From: Eledone cirrhosa
Taxonomy: Eukaryota
Length of the DNA: 64,000 nucleotides
Assembly (NCBI GenBank): GCA_964016885.1
Contig: OZ024740.1
Span: 300,762,001-300,826,000 of the forward strand
Direction of reading: 5' to 3'
Below the pieces are notes generated by a model. It did not search any database and was not told the DNA's origin. It worked only from the letters and a program-made list of their open reading frames with translations. Positions 1 to 13,273 of this stretch are shown here, piece by piece (position 1 is the first letter of the stretch; every line of letters begins with the position of its first letter). Position numbers and translations under genes: made by a program.

Positions 1-1326
1 TGGAGTCCCACGTGCTGGCCCCATTTGCTTGTACCAGCAGTAGATGGGTATTTAACCTTATTATGAACAGGCATTATGTCTATAGGAGAGTCTTCAATTA
101 TCATCACGTAACACCATAAAACCAGGATAATCACCGGGATGACGAGCCACCTGGCTTGCGGAAACTTTTAGTCTATAACAGACTCCTTAGGTAATTAATA
201 ACATTAGCATGAATAATAACAATTGCAGCACGTATAAATGTTTCTCCTAATACTAAAAATTCCAAAGTGAAATTTAGATTGTGCTTTTATTTTTATTTCT
301 ATGCCCTTAAACCCGGGATATGAACCAGGGCGATATGTTTCAGGGCTCGAGACATACTCTATATTTTAAACATTTTGAAGGCGTTTAAGCCAAACATAAA
401 GACGCACGGAACGTTTATAATTTATTCACGTAATCACATGTTAAACAAAATGTATGCGATTTTTCTATGGTTATTTTATATTTTTTTCAATGGGGAACCA
501 CATTTAATAAAGTAACATTTTCTGGTAACATGGGGTTAGAAAGTCGGATGAAATACGGCAAAGGATTTCATCTGACAACACCAGACTTGCTTTCCGTTTT
601 TTTTCAGCATCGATGCGTACACTCCTAGTCTCTGCCAGAGGAAGATATATAGAGAGAGGCGCTCCACCAGTTTCAAATTGCCAAGGCAGGTTGTATGCAG
701 CAATAGTCCCTCTACCATACCAACATATGTTAATGCTCGATTGAACGATCTTTCGACCATTTTTATATCATTTATATACATGGGAACGACACGAATGTAA
801 CTAAGTTTGTTTGACCTGTAATTTGAAATAGCGTTATTTTGCATGATCAACACACAGCACACCTTAAATTTTCAATTTTAAATACCGTATGCTAAATTGA
901 TCGGAAATTAACACGAATCGTCGACTCCAGATAATGATCATTTTGAAATGCAAGAAAAATTAGAGGCAAGTGAAACAACATTTGCAAACGATAATTGAGC
1001 TATCACTTCTCGAATTTAATACGCATAACTAGTGAAAAGTAGCAATTATTGCATAATAAATACATTTCAATATGCGAATTTTATGGGCATATAATGGTAG
1101 TACATACACATCTCGAAGCTAACGTATTATAATAATGCGCATTACTCGTCTATTTTTCACAATCTTACATATAAAGTGTTACAAATGATAGAATACATAA
1201 ACGCAAATGCATGTAGACACACATAAAGACACAATTACGCTCAAATATAAACACACATAAACAGGTACATCTAAATATATGTTTGTGCATTCGTATGTTT
1301 GCATATCAAGTTGAGATTTAGCTAGT

Positions 1327-1416
1327 AAATATATATATATATATTTATGTGTGTGTGTGTGTCTGTGTGTCTGCGCGCGTGTGTATATATATATATATGT
1401 ATGTATATATATATGA

Positions 1417-1507
<91 letters not shown>

Positions 1508-1598
1508 TATATATATATATGTCATATATATATATATATATATATATGCATATATATATATATGTTATATATACATATATATATATATAGATATATAT

Positions 1599-1686
<88 letters not shown>
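1327..1686. repeat. Compound (TA)n/(TG)n/(CA)n microsatellite
   Basis: Directly visible dinucleotide runs. Similar tracts occur at about 2125-2427, 2700-2768, 28553-28760, 30706-30870, 34025-34176, 37141-37310, 46180-46345, 56260-56690, 57312-57500 and 60255-60425. Confidence 0.97.
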
Positions 1687-2145
1687 GTATTTGTGTATGC
1701 GTATTAATGGTGTATCTATATAGGTATGTGAATGTGTGTAAATGTATAAATAATTGCCAGTCTAGCTTCGGATTATATATAAAACAGCATCTACTGTCAC
1801 TTAATTTTGCGTGCAGTTTACAGTTGACATACATTGGAGCTAGATAATTAGTATGTTTGTTTTCCGAGGAATAATTAGATACAACACCTGAATTTAATCA
1901 ACGCCGCAAAATTTTTTCATCGATGTACAGATTTGCTATAGTTTTTGTTTTCTGTAATATTTCATTTGTAATATTTTACTAGAAAATTCCAAAATGATGA
2001 AACATGCAACAGCTATGTGATATCAAGATTAAAATCAATAATGAATGTATGTTAAACATGATTATTCAGTTTCAGTTAACATGCTGAGACAATACATACT
2101 GTGGATCTATTTTGAAAAAAATATACTTACACACACATACACAAG

Positions 2146-2176
<31 letters not shown>

Positions 2177-2239
2177 TTATATTTATATATATATATGTAT
2201 ATATATATATATACATTTATATATATATATATATATACA

Positions 2240-2306
<67 letters not shown>

Positions 2307-2427
2307 GTATATATATATATACATATTTATATATATATATACATATTTATATATATATATATACATATTTATATATATATATACATATTTATATATATAT
2401 ATACATATTTATATATATATATATATA

Positions 2428-2698
2428 TCCCAAAAGTCAGCTCAAAAGTGACACAGAGGAGACTGAGTTTAGCTGGACATGCTCACCGACATCCAGAGTT
2501 GACATAGCACTCAGTGCTCCTTTGGGAGCCCCTACATGGACACACTAGAAGAGGAAGACCAAGGTTAACGTATGTGGATGCCCTAAGGACAGACACTGGT
2601 CTGTTGGAGACGCAGGACATGGCAGCGATAATGAGGGACAGAGACCGCTGGAGAGAACTCGTCCATGGATCTCGGGAATTTTACCCGCCTTAGATTAG

Positions 2699-2699
<1 letters not shown>
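2428..2699 (+). mobile_element. RTE-clade LINE, 3' fragment
   Basis: Translates [21 protein letters not shown]...[21 protein letters not shown]...MRDRDRWR, a typical RTE C-terminus, with an in-frame stop. Homologous to 32235-32497. Confidence 0.85.
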
Positions 2700-2768
<69 letters not shown>

Positions 2769-2992
2769 GGTGGTGGATTGAAAACATCGGTAGAGCGTCG
2801 GAGACAATGTGTCGTGGTATAGTGTTATACAGCCTTATACGTTCTGTGTTCAAATCCCGCCGAGTATAGCTTTGCCTTTCATTCTTACGGGGTCGATCAA
2901 ATAATGTACCAGTCGCGCATTGGGATTAATATAATCGGATTTCCCCTCCCACAAAATATGCTGGCCTTGTGCATTAATCAGAATCCATTATT
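2769..2992 (+). mobile_element. tRNA-derived SINE, diverged copy
   Basis: B-box GTTCAAATCC, central CTTTGCCTTTCATTCTTACGGGGTCGAT block and 3' GCTGGCCTTGTGC shared with the other copies. Confidence 0.85.
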
Positions 2993-3002
2993 TAATATAA
3001 AG

Positions 3003-3195
3003 AGGAGGTGGATTGGCAGTATTGGTAGAGGGTCGGACGCCATCCTTTGACGCATAGAGTTACGGCCCTTGCCATTCTGAGTTCAAATCCCGCCGATGTT
3101 AACTTTGCCTTTCATCCTTACGGGGTCGATAAAATAAAGTACCAGTAATGTACTGGATAATTGCTGGCCTTGTGCCTAAAGTAGAAACAATTATT
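3003..3195 (+). mobile_element. tRNA-derived SINE with target-site duplication
   Basis: A-box-like TGGCAGTATTGG, B-box GTTCAAATCC, 3' end CCTTGTGCCTAAAGTAGAAACAATTATT. ATTATTTAATATAAA is duplicated on both sides, so it inserted at the tail of the previous SINE. Confidence 0.9.
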
Positions 3196-3635
3196 TAATA
3201 TAAAAATGGCTTTTACTGAACTAGAAATGTTTCACAACCACACACAACCACACACAAACACACATACATACAAACCCACATATAGATATGTATGTATAAA
3301 TATATATGTATGTATAAATATGTATATATATATATATATATATATATGAATAAATGTACGAGTACAATAATTTGTGTAGATAAGTGTACAACCATAAATA
3401 TAAAGAAAACAAGTAAGATTACTTACGAAAGTATTTTTCTGAACATGGTCCTTGTACGTTACAGTAATAGTCCAATAAGCTGGTTGGAATTATAGTATCC
3501 AGGTGGAAGATGATGGACATTTCTTACGTGCAGCATGTCAAATCAACTAAAATCCCTTTTCATTGTAATAACATAATCGCACAACAGTATAACTCTAATA
3601 TCGTTAGGACTAATAATAATAAACTAGATAAAATG

Positions 3636-4440
3636 AACAGCTCTAAGGAATATTACCATAGTAATAGATTAGCTAAGTCTGGATACACTTACCAATCGTA
3701 CTCCAGTAATAGAATCAGAACTACTAGCATAGATATATTCCCTGCTTATAGGCACAATAATGGGGGTGTACTGCTCCCTACGCCCGCCTACTAATAAACA
3801 TAGAATAAAGCCGGCAACTTCCCCAGCGGCATAATAACGCATAAGACCAATAGGAACGAAGTGGGCAAAGTTTCCGGTTCTGCTAGCTGGCACGAATAAC
3901 ATCCATCATGGAAGTAATGAACGCACTAACACAAAAACACCACATAGAAGACGCCGCCGTGATGTTTCATGGTATCTTCCTCCGTACTCCCAAAGCATTG
4001 CATCTAATAAACCTAAAGTATTCATCGGTATCTTGGAGTAAAAACTTCCCGCCTAACCATAAATACTATAAAATCCTCAACATAAGTAATTCTTTCTACT
4101 TTCTACATATCTACCCCGTAAGGATGAAAGGCAAAGTAAACTTCGGTGGAATTTGAACTCAGTCCGTAAAGAGGCGTAATAAAGACTACACAAACATGAC
4201 AACGCATCCCGAAATTATGCTGATCACATAGCATTCAGTAACCACAGGAAGCTCTCTAAAATTAAATCTTCCTGTAATACTAACAATAGAATTGCCAGTA
4301 ATATTACTTCTAGTAATACAGATAGGTACAATAACGATAGTAATTATCATAACAATTATAACAATTGTTTCTACTTTTGGCACAACACCAGCAATTATCC
4401 CAGTGTATTACAGATACTAATAACAATAGTAATGTCTATA
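3636..4440 (+). pseudogene. Decayed Penelope-like element: RT thumb and linker, left half
   Basis: Manual translation gives NSSKEYYHSNRLAKSGY ... RRRRDVSWYLPPYSQSIASN ... (frameshift) KNFPPNHKYYKILN, matching the PLE pattern Y..AL..SGY / R.R.I.WFNPPYS / KHFP..HKL.KIFN. Asn-rich codons follow, interrupted by SINE pieces. Confidence 0.65.
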
Positions 4441-4880
4441 TTAATAATTGTTTCTACTTTAGGCACAAGGCCAGCAATTACCAGTTCATTACTGGTACGT
4501 TATTTTATCGACCACGTAAGGATGAAAGGCAAAATCAACCTCGGCGGGATTTGAACTCAGATCGTAAAGGGACGTAACTATGCTGGAAAGCATGGCGTCC
4601 GAATCCTCTACCGATACTGCCAATCCACCACCCTTGTCATTATTAATAATGGCGGAAGAAACTACAACAACAACAACAACAACAATAATGATAATAATAA
4701 TAATAACGATGTCAAATATAGGCACAAGGCCAGCAACTTTGGGGGAGTGGAATGTCGATTAAATCGATCCCAGTTCATTAATGGTGCTTTATTTTATCGA
4801 CACCGTACGGATGAAAGGCAACGGTAACCTCGGCGAGATTTGAACTCACATCATAAAGGCACGTAACTCTATGCTGCAAA
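4087..4880 (-). mobile_element. Cluster of four minus-strand SINE copies or fragments (about 4087-4185, 4363-4415, 4445-4633, 4715-4880)
   Basis: Reverse complements of the SINE (AAGGATGAAAGGCAA..CCTCGGCGGGATTTGAACTCAG; TTGTTTCTACTTT.GGCACAA). The 4445-4633 copy is full length. Confidence 0.85.
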
Positions 4881-4903
4881 ATGATAATAGTAACAATAAT
4901 AAT

Positions 4904-7210
4904 ACTTTCTTTATTAACCACAAAGGTTTACATAAAGTAGACATTAAGAACTGTACAGTACAATACAGGACGGTACAAATGGGCATATCTGCGTGTAAAA
5001 AACAAAAACATAGGTAACAAAATAACAATGAAAAATTCCCCAATAGGGGGGAGACTTACGAGGGACATTTGTGGAAAAAGCCCATTAATAGGCCACAGTC
5101 ACCCTGACCACCAGGGCAAGTGCCCTCTCCCAGTTTTCCACCTATAATTTACAGACACATACTCAGTGTAGGCCCATTCACTCGGGCCATTCCTGCTTCT
5201 GTCACCCATCTTTCAACAAAATGCTGGGAAGAGAGCACTTCCCTCTCTACACTGATTTTCCTTTTCAAATTAAATTTAAAAAGGTCAATGAGGGCATCAC
5301 CGAAGAGGTAAGTGCTCATCTTCAGCCCTTTCAAACGTGTCCAACATACTATCTCTTTCGCCATGGCCACCAGACAGATAAAAACTGCCTGCCCTTCCCG
5401 GCTAAAGGAAGAGGGCGGGGCAATCCTCACGATGGATTCAGGTGGTAGCATGTATTCGACATAAGCCCACAAGTCAGCAATTCTCGGTCACTGGACGAGT
5501 GCGTGCATGTCGGTTTCGTCGCCCTGCGCGCATCTCGGACATGCCCGATTGACGGCACCTCCATGCCTGTAGAGTGTATCCCGAATTGGCAAGGCTCCTC
5601 GGTAGCACTGCCAGGCCAGGGATTTCTGGAAGTTGTCCTAGGCCCCGGGCCAAAAGTTCTTCTGAAGAGATTGGCTAGTTGATTTTCGTCGAGGCCTACA
5701 GTTTCCCCAAGTACGTCGTCACTCTTCCCCTCCACTAATCCTCTATAGAGGTGGAGTTTCCACCGATCACATTGGCCTATTGATCGAAGGCTGTGAGCGC
5801 CTGAAGACATTCGAGTCTCCAAGCGCTCCCTCTCGATCATCGCCAGGACTGCAGCTCCGTCAAGGAAACGAGCTGGGGAAAGACGCGTCTAGCACACGGC
5901 GACCATATCTGATCACCATCGAGGAAGAGGTGGAGATGTCGTAGCCTGAGCGCGTGTCTGCGCATCATCAGCCACGGCATTCCCAGCCCTCCACATAGCG
6001 GGTGTTGACAGCAGATGGACCGCCTGACCATCGGATCGCGTCCCTTCCACAAAAAGCGAAAGAGCAAACGCTCCAGCGCAGTCAGGCGAGGCTTAGGAAA
6101 AGGTACGACGGTCAGGCGATAGTAGATGACGGACGAGATGTACACGTTAGCCACCTCCGCTCGACCTATCAGCGATAGCTTCCTCTCCGCCCATTTCTGG
6201 GTGAGAGAAGCCACCCTACTAGTCACCTCGTCCCAGTTTTTGTCCGTCTGGAGGACCGGACCGAACCAAACCCCTAGCAATTTAACCGGTCCGTCCGTTC
6301 AGCGCCCGGCGACGCTGTTGGGCGGCATGGACCTTCCTCTCCAGGTGCCGAGCTGCAGGCCCACTGAATTTTTCCTGGTTGATCATTGCTCCTGTCACCG
6401 CTTCGTATTCTCTTAGTGTAGTGCCGATCGCCTCGATGTGTTTGGCGTTCGACACCACTACGGTGACATCGTCCGCATATGCTGACACGGATCTTCCGCA
6501 TCCTAGTTCGCGCGCGAGCCCCCTCAACGTCTCCAGTTTGTGCAGTATTGGCTCGAGAGTCAATGCTTACAAGAGGGACGATAGGGGACATCCTTGGCGG
6601 ACCGAGCGCATGATGTTGAACGGTTCCGAAAGGTGACCGTTCACTCTCACCACAGAACAGATGTCGCTGTGCATGGCAGCGATCCAGCCTCTGAAAACGG
6701 CCCGAAGCCAGTCGCCCTCAGGACTGCCGCTAGGTAACGATGGTCGACCCTATCGAAAGCTTTCGACTGATCTAAATTGATCAATGACCCACTCGTGCCA
6801 GGTTCCCTAGCTACCCTCTCTACGATGTATCGCATGAAGTGGAGGTTGTCGTGGATGGATCTGTCGGGAATGCCGCACATCTGCGCCTCTCCTACCAGAC
6901 CACGAACGACAAGCGCCAACCTCTTTGCTAGCACCTTGGCCAAAATCTTGAACTCAGTGTTTAGCAGAGTTATGGGCCTGAAATTATCTATGTTATCCCA
7001 GTTGTTCGGATCCTTTATCAGCAGCGCCACCGCTCCTCGGCTCACAGAGCTGGGAATTCTCCCGTTCTGTTCCCAGTTACAGTAGACGTCCGCCAAGAGG
7101 CCTCCGAACAAGTCTGGCATCTGTACGCAAAGTTCATAGGACAGCCCATCCAAACCAGTCGATTTACCTTTGTGCAGCCAGTCATTGCCTCCCGTACTTC
7201 AGCGGCTGTG
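4904..7210 (-). mobile_element. Tx1-like (L1-group) LINE copy 1, 5'-truncated and frameshifted
   Basis: RT motifs FRPITLLNTEFKILAK, LDQSKAFDRV, SAYADD and LLGVWFG split across frames. Colinear with 17829-20170. AATAAA then an ATT-rich tail at 4884-4903. Confidence 0.92.
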
Positions 7211-7233
7211 ACAAATATCTAGGTGTTTGTGAA

Positions 7234-8722
7234 AAACTTACAAATATCTAGGTGTTTGTGAAGGAGACGGAATAAAGCACTCGACAATGAGGGAAAGGAT
7301 AAGGAAGGAATGTTACCGCAGAGTAAGAGCAATCTTAAGAACGGAATTGAATGCAAGGAATAGGATCGATGCCATAAACACGCTTGCCATACCAGTAGTA
7401 ACCAACAGTTACAATGTCATCAACTGGTCAAGCACAGAATTCCGTAGGCTTGATACAAAAATTAGAAAATTCTTACCCATGCACAGAATGCATCACCCTA
7501 GGGCAGATACAGATAGAATATATCTCCCTACGAAAGAAGGAAGACGTGGATTAATCCAGTTAGATATTGCGTTGAAAACTGCAACAATTGGATTATCTAC
7601 ATATCTAAGGGAATCACATGATTGGATGATCAAACTCGTTTTGAAACACGAAAGCAATGAAAGGTCATACTCCATTACAAAAGATGGACAAAGATACAGT
7701 AATGGACTACACATTTCAGAAGTCCCATTTACTGCTGAAATGGAAACACAGAAAAAGCAAAGCAGGTAAAAGTAACTGCAAAGAAAGAACTGCTACAGAA
7801 ACTGGCTAAGAAATGGCAAGAAAAGCCTATGTATGTATAATACCCAGAAAGAGCTAACAATCCTGATATTGACAAAACTTTAACCCATCAGTGGTTGGCA
7901 TCCTCTGGACTGAAATCGGAGACTGAAGGACTGATTATATCAGCACAAGAGCAGTGTCTGCCAACAAAAAATTACCAAGCCAACATAATAAAAAATGGAT
8001 GCAGCCCATTATGCCCTGTATGTAAAAAAACAACGAGAGACCATTGACCATATAATTTCAATGTGCAGTCATATAGCTCCAACCGAATACCTAAACAGGC
8101 ATGACAGAGCTGCACAATACATACATTTGATAATGTGCAAGCATTTTGACCTGTCCCATCAAAAGAATTGGTGGGAGCATCAACCACCTCCCATACTTGA
8201 AAAAGATCACATCTCAATCTTGTGGAACATTAGCATCCAAACAGGTCGAAAAATAGATGCAAATAGACCTGATATAATACTGAAGGACTTTAAAAGAGGG
8301 TATGCCTGCTAATTGATATGTCCGTTCCACTAGACAAGAATGTATCTATAAAAACATTTGAAAAAGTGAGCAAGTATAAGGACCAGGAGATAGAAATTGG
8401 AAAAATGTGGAAATTGAGAACTAAAACAATACCAGTGGTTGTAAGCGCTCTAGGAATGATACCTAAGGGGTCTAATGATTACTTATCGCAAATCCCAGGA
8501 AATCCGCGTATAGGAGAAATACAAAAGATAGTACTAATGGGAACTGCCCATATACTAAGGAAGATTCTGTCAATATAAGTACATCACAAGTCTAAACACC
8601 TAAAGATGCATGTGTGAGTATATATGTTCTTTCTTGAACATGGCGGACATTGTTCTCTCTTGAGGTCACTGGTTGTGACTTGGTGATAACTCGTATGAAC
8701 ATAAAGCAAGATAAATGCAGCT

Positions 8723-8787
<65 letters not shown>
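7234..8787 (+). mobile_element. R4/Dong-type RLE LINE family B, copy 1, 5'-truncated, (TAA)n tail
   Basis: YKYLG, EGRRGL, CCHC knuckle region ETIDHIISMC, RHD, RPDII..D endonuclease core and terminal IQKIVLMGTAHILRKILSI*. Tail (TAA)n at 8724-8787. Confidence 0.9.
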
Positions 8788-11700
8788 CGCTCCCGTAAGT
8801 TTTGAATTTTTAACATATTTAAATCATTTGTGAAATAACAACTCTTAGTACAAATGCTACGTAAAGCACCCGGCTTGAGCCCCAAAAAATTCGGACCCAA
8901 AATATATTGTTATAAGGCTCAAATATTCAAATATTCAACTTTGTATTGTACACTGTATATCCAAAAAAGAAATGGCTATAAATGGAAGAAGAAACCCTCC
9001 CCCTCTGTCTACACTATATAGAACAGCCAAACTCACAAACACCAGAAACTAGATACACCACCCACCCCGTCACCTGTGTACACTAAACCACCACCGCTCA
9101 CTACGGCCATCATTACTCCCATTATCCTATCACCGCCGCCACCACCCCTTCACTCCTTAACGGCTACCACCGCTACAGCACCATCACTACAGTAATACGG
9201 TCACATCACCGCCACCACTGCCTCGGTATCGACATCACCACCACCACTGTCTCAGTATCGCTACCGCCGCCAGTCTCGCACTCCTTTTTAGCTGGCTGCT
9301 GCCACCACATTATAGAATCCCTACTGCTAAAAAAGAGGAAGGCATCAAAAAATATATAGATAGACTCAAAAGAAAAAAGAAAAAACAAACAACAAAACCA
9401 AAGCAGCACAGCAACAACAGCAAAAAACGAGAAAAACAAACAGAGAAAAACAAAAACAAAAACAAAAAAAAAAAACCCAAAACGTAAAGAAAATAAGAAT
9501 GAAGAGAGAAGCAGGCGGACGGACAGAGAAGAGTGGGGAGAAACTAAAACTTAAAAAACAAAAACTAAGTCAGACATTCGAACACTACATTACAATGAAA
9601 CTTATGCTTATTCATTTTTGGGGCCCTTTCTGCCTGTGTGTTTGTTTGTTTATGTGTGTTCGTATACAGCGTGGTGATAATGCCACACAAGGGCCAAGTG
9701 GAATGGCGGATCCACAGATGGATATGTAACCATACATTCGCCAATTCTCGATAAGAGTGTTTAAATATCGAACATAAACAGTTCGAATAACGGTGAAATG
9801 GAGACTAGAACGTCATGTGACAGACTCTCACGCAACAGGTGCCCCCTGGCTCAGCAGCAGGAACCTGACTGTCAACCAAATACTGCTGATGTTGGAGGAA
9901 GGAGAAGAAGGAAAGGGGCCAGAACCAACTGGACGAAAGAATTGAATAGAACTGTTATGCAATGTTACCTGAAAAGTAACCCCAAGGAGAGGGGCTACAG
10001 GAGACGGATGCATAACATCTGGAACGAGATTGGTTTATTTAAATTAGATGAACAAAAATTGGCCGGGCTGGCTCGGGTAATAAGAACTAATGGATGGATA
10101 AGCGAGCTGGAACTGGAGGAACTGAGCAGAGAGAATGGCTTGGAGATGGCGGGTGTAGTATGCCAGACAAGCGAGCCAGTGGGAAATGAAGGTGAAGAGG
10201 TCCTGAGAACGGAGGAACCATCCGAAGCAGACAATGATCTGAATACTGAGATAAATAATACCTGGAACAGAGATACAGCCACTGAGGAGATGAATGCTGA
10301 CGGGCTAGGACAAGATTCGGTTGACATCCTAAATTTAGTGGTAGATGAATTGAACAATGATAGTGGGAGACCTATGAACCTAAGATTTGTAGACAGGAAA
10401 AAGTTAAAAGAAACAACAGCTAAGGTAAACAAAGTCATCCCATACCTTGAGGCGAGGAGCCTTCACCAGTGCAACACTATCCTCAAAGCAACAGCAAATA
10501 CGGTGAGGAAACTACTTGGTATAAAAGCGAGAGGAAACAACAGACAAGAAAGAGCAGAGCCGTGGTGGAAGAAGCGACTGAGTGGGCAAATCGGGGAAAT
10601 GAGAAATGACATAGGAAAGCTTGAGTCACTACTGAATGGGACACTAAAAAACATAGGCACTAAAAATAGACTGGAAATAAAATACAAAACTAGGAGGAAA
10701 AAGCTAAATATTATCATAGAGGAACTGAAGCAACGCATTGTAGCAAAGAGTGCAAAAATCAGGCGATACGAGAACAGAGTCAGTCAGTATAAACAGAACC
10801 GCATGTTCGACAACAACCAGAAGATGCTGTTTGGACAGCTTGAGGGGAAAGAAAGAGGCAACGACTTGATCCCTGGGGCGGAGCAAACTAAAACATTCTG
10901 GAGAGGAATATGGGAGCAGGATGTTAGACACAATGCCCAGGCAGGGTGGATTGAGACAGTACAGAGGGAGATCGGTGAGCAGGCACAACAACAAACTGAT
11001 TTGAGTATCACAGTTGAAACTCTTAAGGGGCAGGCCAAAAAACTAACCAACTGGAGATCACCAGGCCCAGATGGTGTGCAAGGGTATTGGATTAAACACT
11101 TGACATCCCTCCACCCGAAGCTGACGGTCATGTTCAATGACTGCTTGGTGTCGGGTGAGGTGCCAGAGTGGTTGACAAAAGGTACCACAGTTCTGATAAT
11201 GAAAGACCGAATCAAGGGTAATGATGTTACCAACTATAGACCTATCACATGTCTGTCCGTAATGTGGAAACTGTTGACGAGCATTGTGTCTGAGGAAATC
11301 TACCATCACCTCCACAGAAACAACTTGTTACCGGACGAACAGAAAGGATGCCGAAAGAAGTCACGTGGTACAAAGGACCAGTTACTTATTGATAAGATGG
11401 TAATGGGGAATTGCAGGAGGAGACACACTGATCTTGACATGGGATGGATAGACTACAGAAAGGCATTTGACATGGTGCCTCATTCCTGGATCATCAAAAG
11501 CCTGGAGATCTTCAGGGTGGCAGATAACATCAGACAGTTGCTAGGCAGGAGTATGGGGTCCTGGGAGACAGAGTTGACATCAACTGGAGTATCCTTGGGA
11601 AGCGTGAAGATCAAGAGGGGTATCTTCCAGGGAGATAGCCTGTCCCCTCTGTTGTTTGTCCTTGCCCTGATGCCCTTGACCATTATGCTGCGAAAAGTGA

Positions 11701-13273
11701 GAGCAGGATACAAGTTGGGAAGGGGAGAGCTTACCATCAATCACCTCCTCTTCATGGACGATCTTAAGCTCTTCGGGAAAAGTGAGAAGGAGTTGGATGT
11801 GCTTGTTGACACTGTCCGTATTTTCAGCAGTGATATATGTATGCAGTTTGGTATTGGTAAATGTGGAGTCATTGTGATGAAGAGGGGTAGGTTGAGCAGA
11901 AGTAACGGGATCCAGATACCAACAGGTGAGATGATAAAGGAAATTGACTCTGAGGAAGGATACAAGTATTTGGGCGTTCTGGAGGCTGATGGCATAAAGA
12001 ACAAAAAAATGAAGGAATTGTTAAGAACTGAATACATTCGGAGAGTAAGGAGCGTATTGAAGTCACATCTGAACAGCAGAAATGCCATAAGCGCAGTAAA
12101 TTCCCGAGCTGTGTCTATTATTAGGTACAGTGCGGGAATTCTGAGATGGAATGTTGCTGAACAAAAAGAAATGGATAGGAAGACTAGGAAGCTATTGACT
12201 ATCTACAACATGTTCCACAAGAGGAGTGATGTCGATAGACTCTACCTAAGGAGATCTGAGTGTGGAAGAGGTCTTATCAGCATAGAGGACTGTGTTCAGA
12301 TGGAGAAAAACAACCTATACAAATACGTGACCTATAGTAAGGAGCCAATGCTCAGAACTGTACTGAAGGAGGGGACAGTAGGCCAGGGGATGTCCAAGGA
12401 GGAAATAACATCAAGGAGAAAGAGCAGCCTTAAGGGAAAATCCCTTGATAGTACCTTCTTTGAGAAAACTGAATTTAGAGATCCACAGACATGGAACTGG
12501 TTGAGAAGAGGCGACCTCAAAAAGGCTACAGAAGGAATGCTAATGGCTGCGCAGGAGCAGGCCCTCAAAACGAAGTGGTTGAAGCACCATATCTACAAGG
12601 AGGAGGCTAGCCCACTGTGCAGGATCTGTGGAGAGAGAGAGGAGACTGTGGCTCACATTGTGTCCGAGTGTAAACACCTAGCCCAGACCCACTATAAGGG
12701 CTGGAGACACGATGTGATGGGCAGGGTGATCCACTGGCACCTGTGCAAAGTAAACAATTTACCACATTCTGAGAAATGGTATGAGCATAGGCCAGAGGCG
12801 GTGATGGAGAACAATCAGGTGAAGGTGCTGTGGGATTTTAGGATACAGACGGACAAAAAACTGGAACACAATAGACCTGACCTGGTGGTTGTGGACAAAG
12901 AAAAAAGATCGTGTCTGATTGTGGATGTGGCCTGCCCGTTCGACACGAGAGTGCAAGAGAAGGAGAGGGAGAAAATTAACCGATACCAGGACCTAAAGTG
13001 GGAGGTGAAAAGGATTTGGAACTGCCATGAAGTCAAAGTGATCCCGATTGTCATAGGCGCACTGGGGACTATCTCCAAAAGTTTCCAGGGATGGTTAAAG
13101 AAAATCGGCCCCTTCACGCTTTTTGGAACGCTTCAAAAGGCATGCTTGCTTGGAACAGCAAGAACCCTCCGATACGTCCTGAATATCTGAGGCTGCAGGT
13201 AGTGGCTTGATATTCAATCCAACGGACTTTCCAGTTAACCAACATCAATGACTGAGATTCAAGGAATAACAAC

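Noticed and set aside
536-862. 108-aa ORF
   Set aside because: Non-ATG start in the sequence and no recognisable motifs.
1179-2548. Poly-YI, poly-CV, poly-HT and poly-SL ORFs here and throughout the window
   Set aside because: Translations of dinucleotide microsatellites that happen to lack stop codons.
3003-3100. tRNA gene call for the SINE heads
   Set aside because: A and B boxes are present, but there is no complete cloverleaf and the heads are always joined to the SINE body and TSDs.
9995-13117. Numerous antisense ORFs over the LINE coding regions
   Set aside because: Shadow frames of the real ORFs; they recur only because the elements are repeated.
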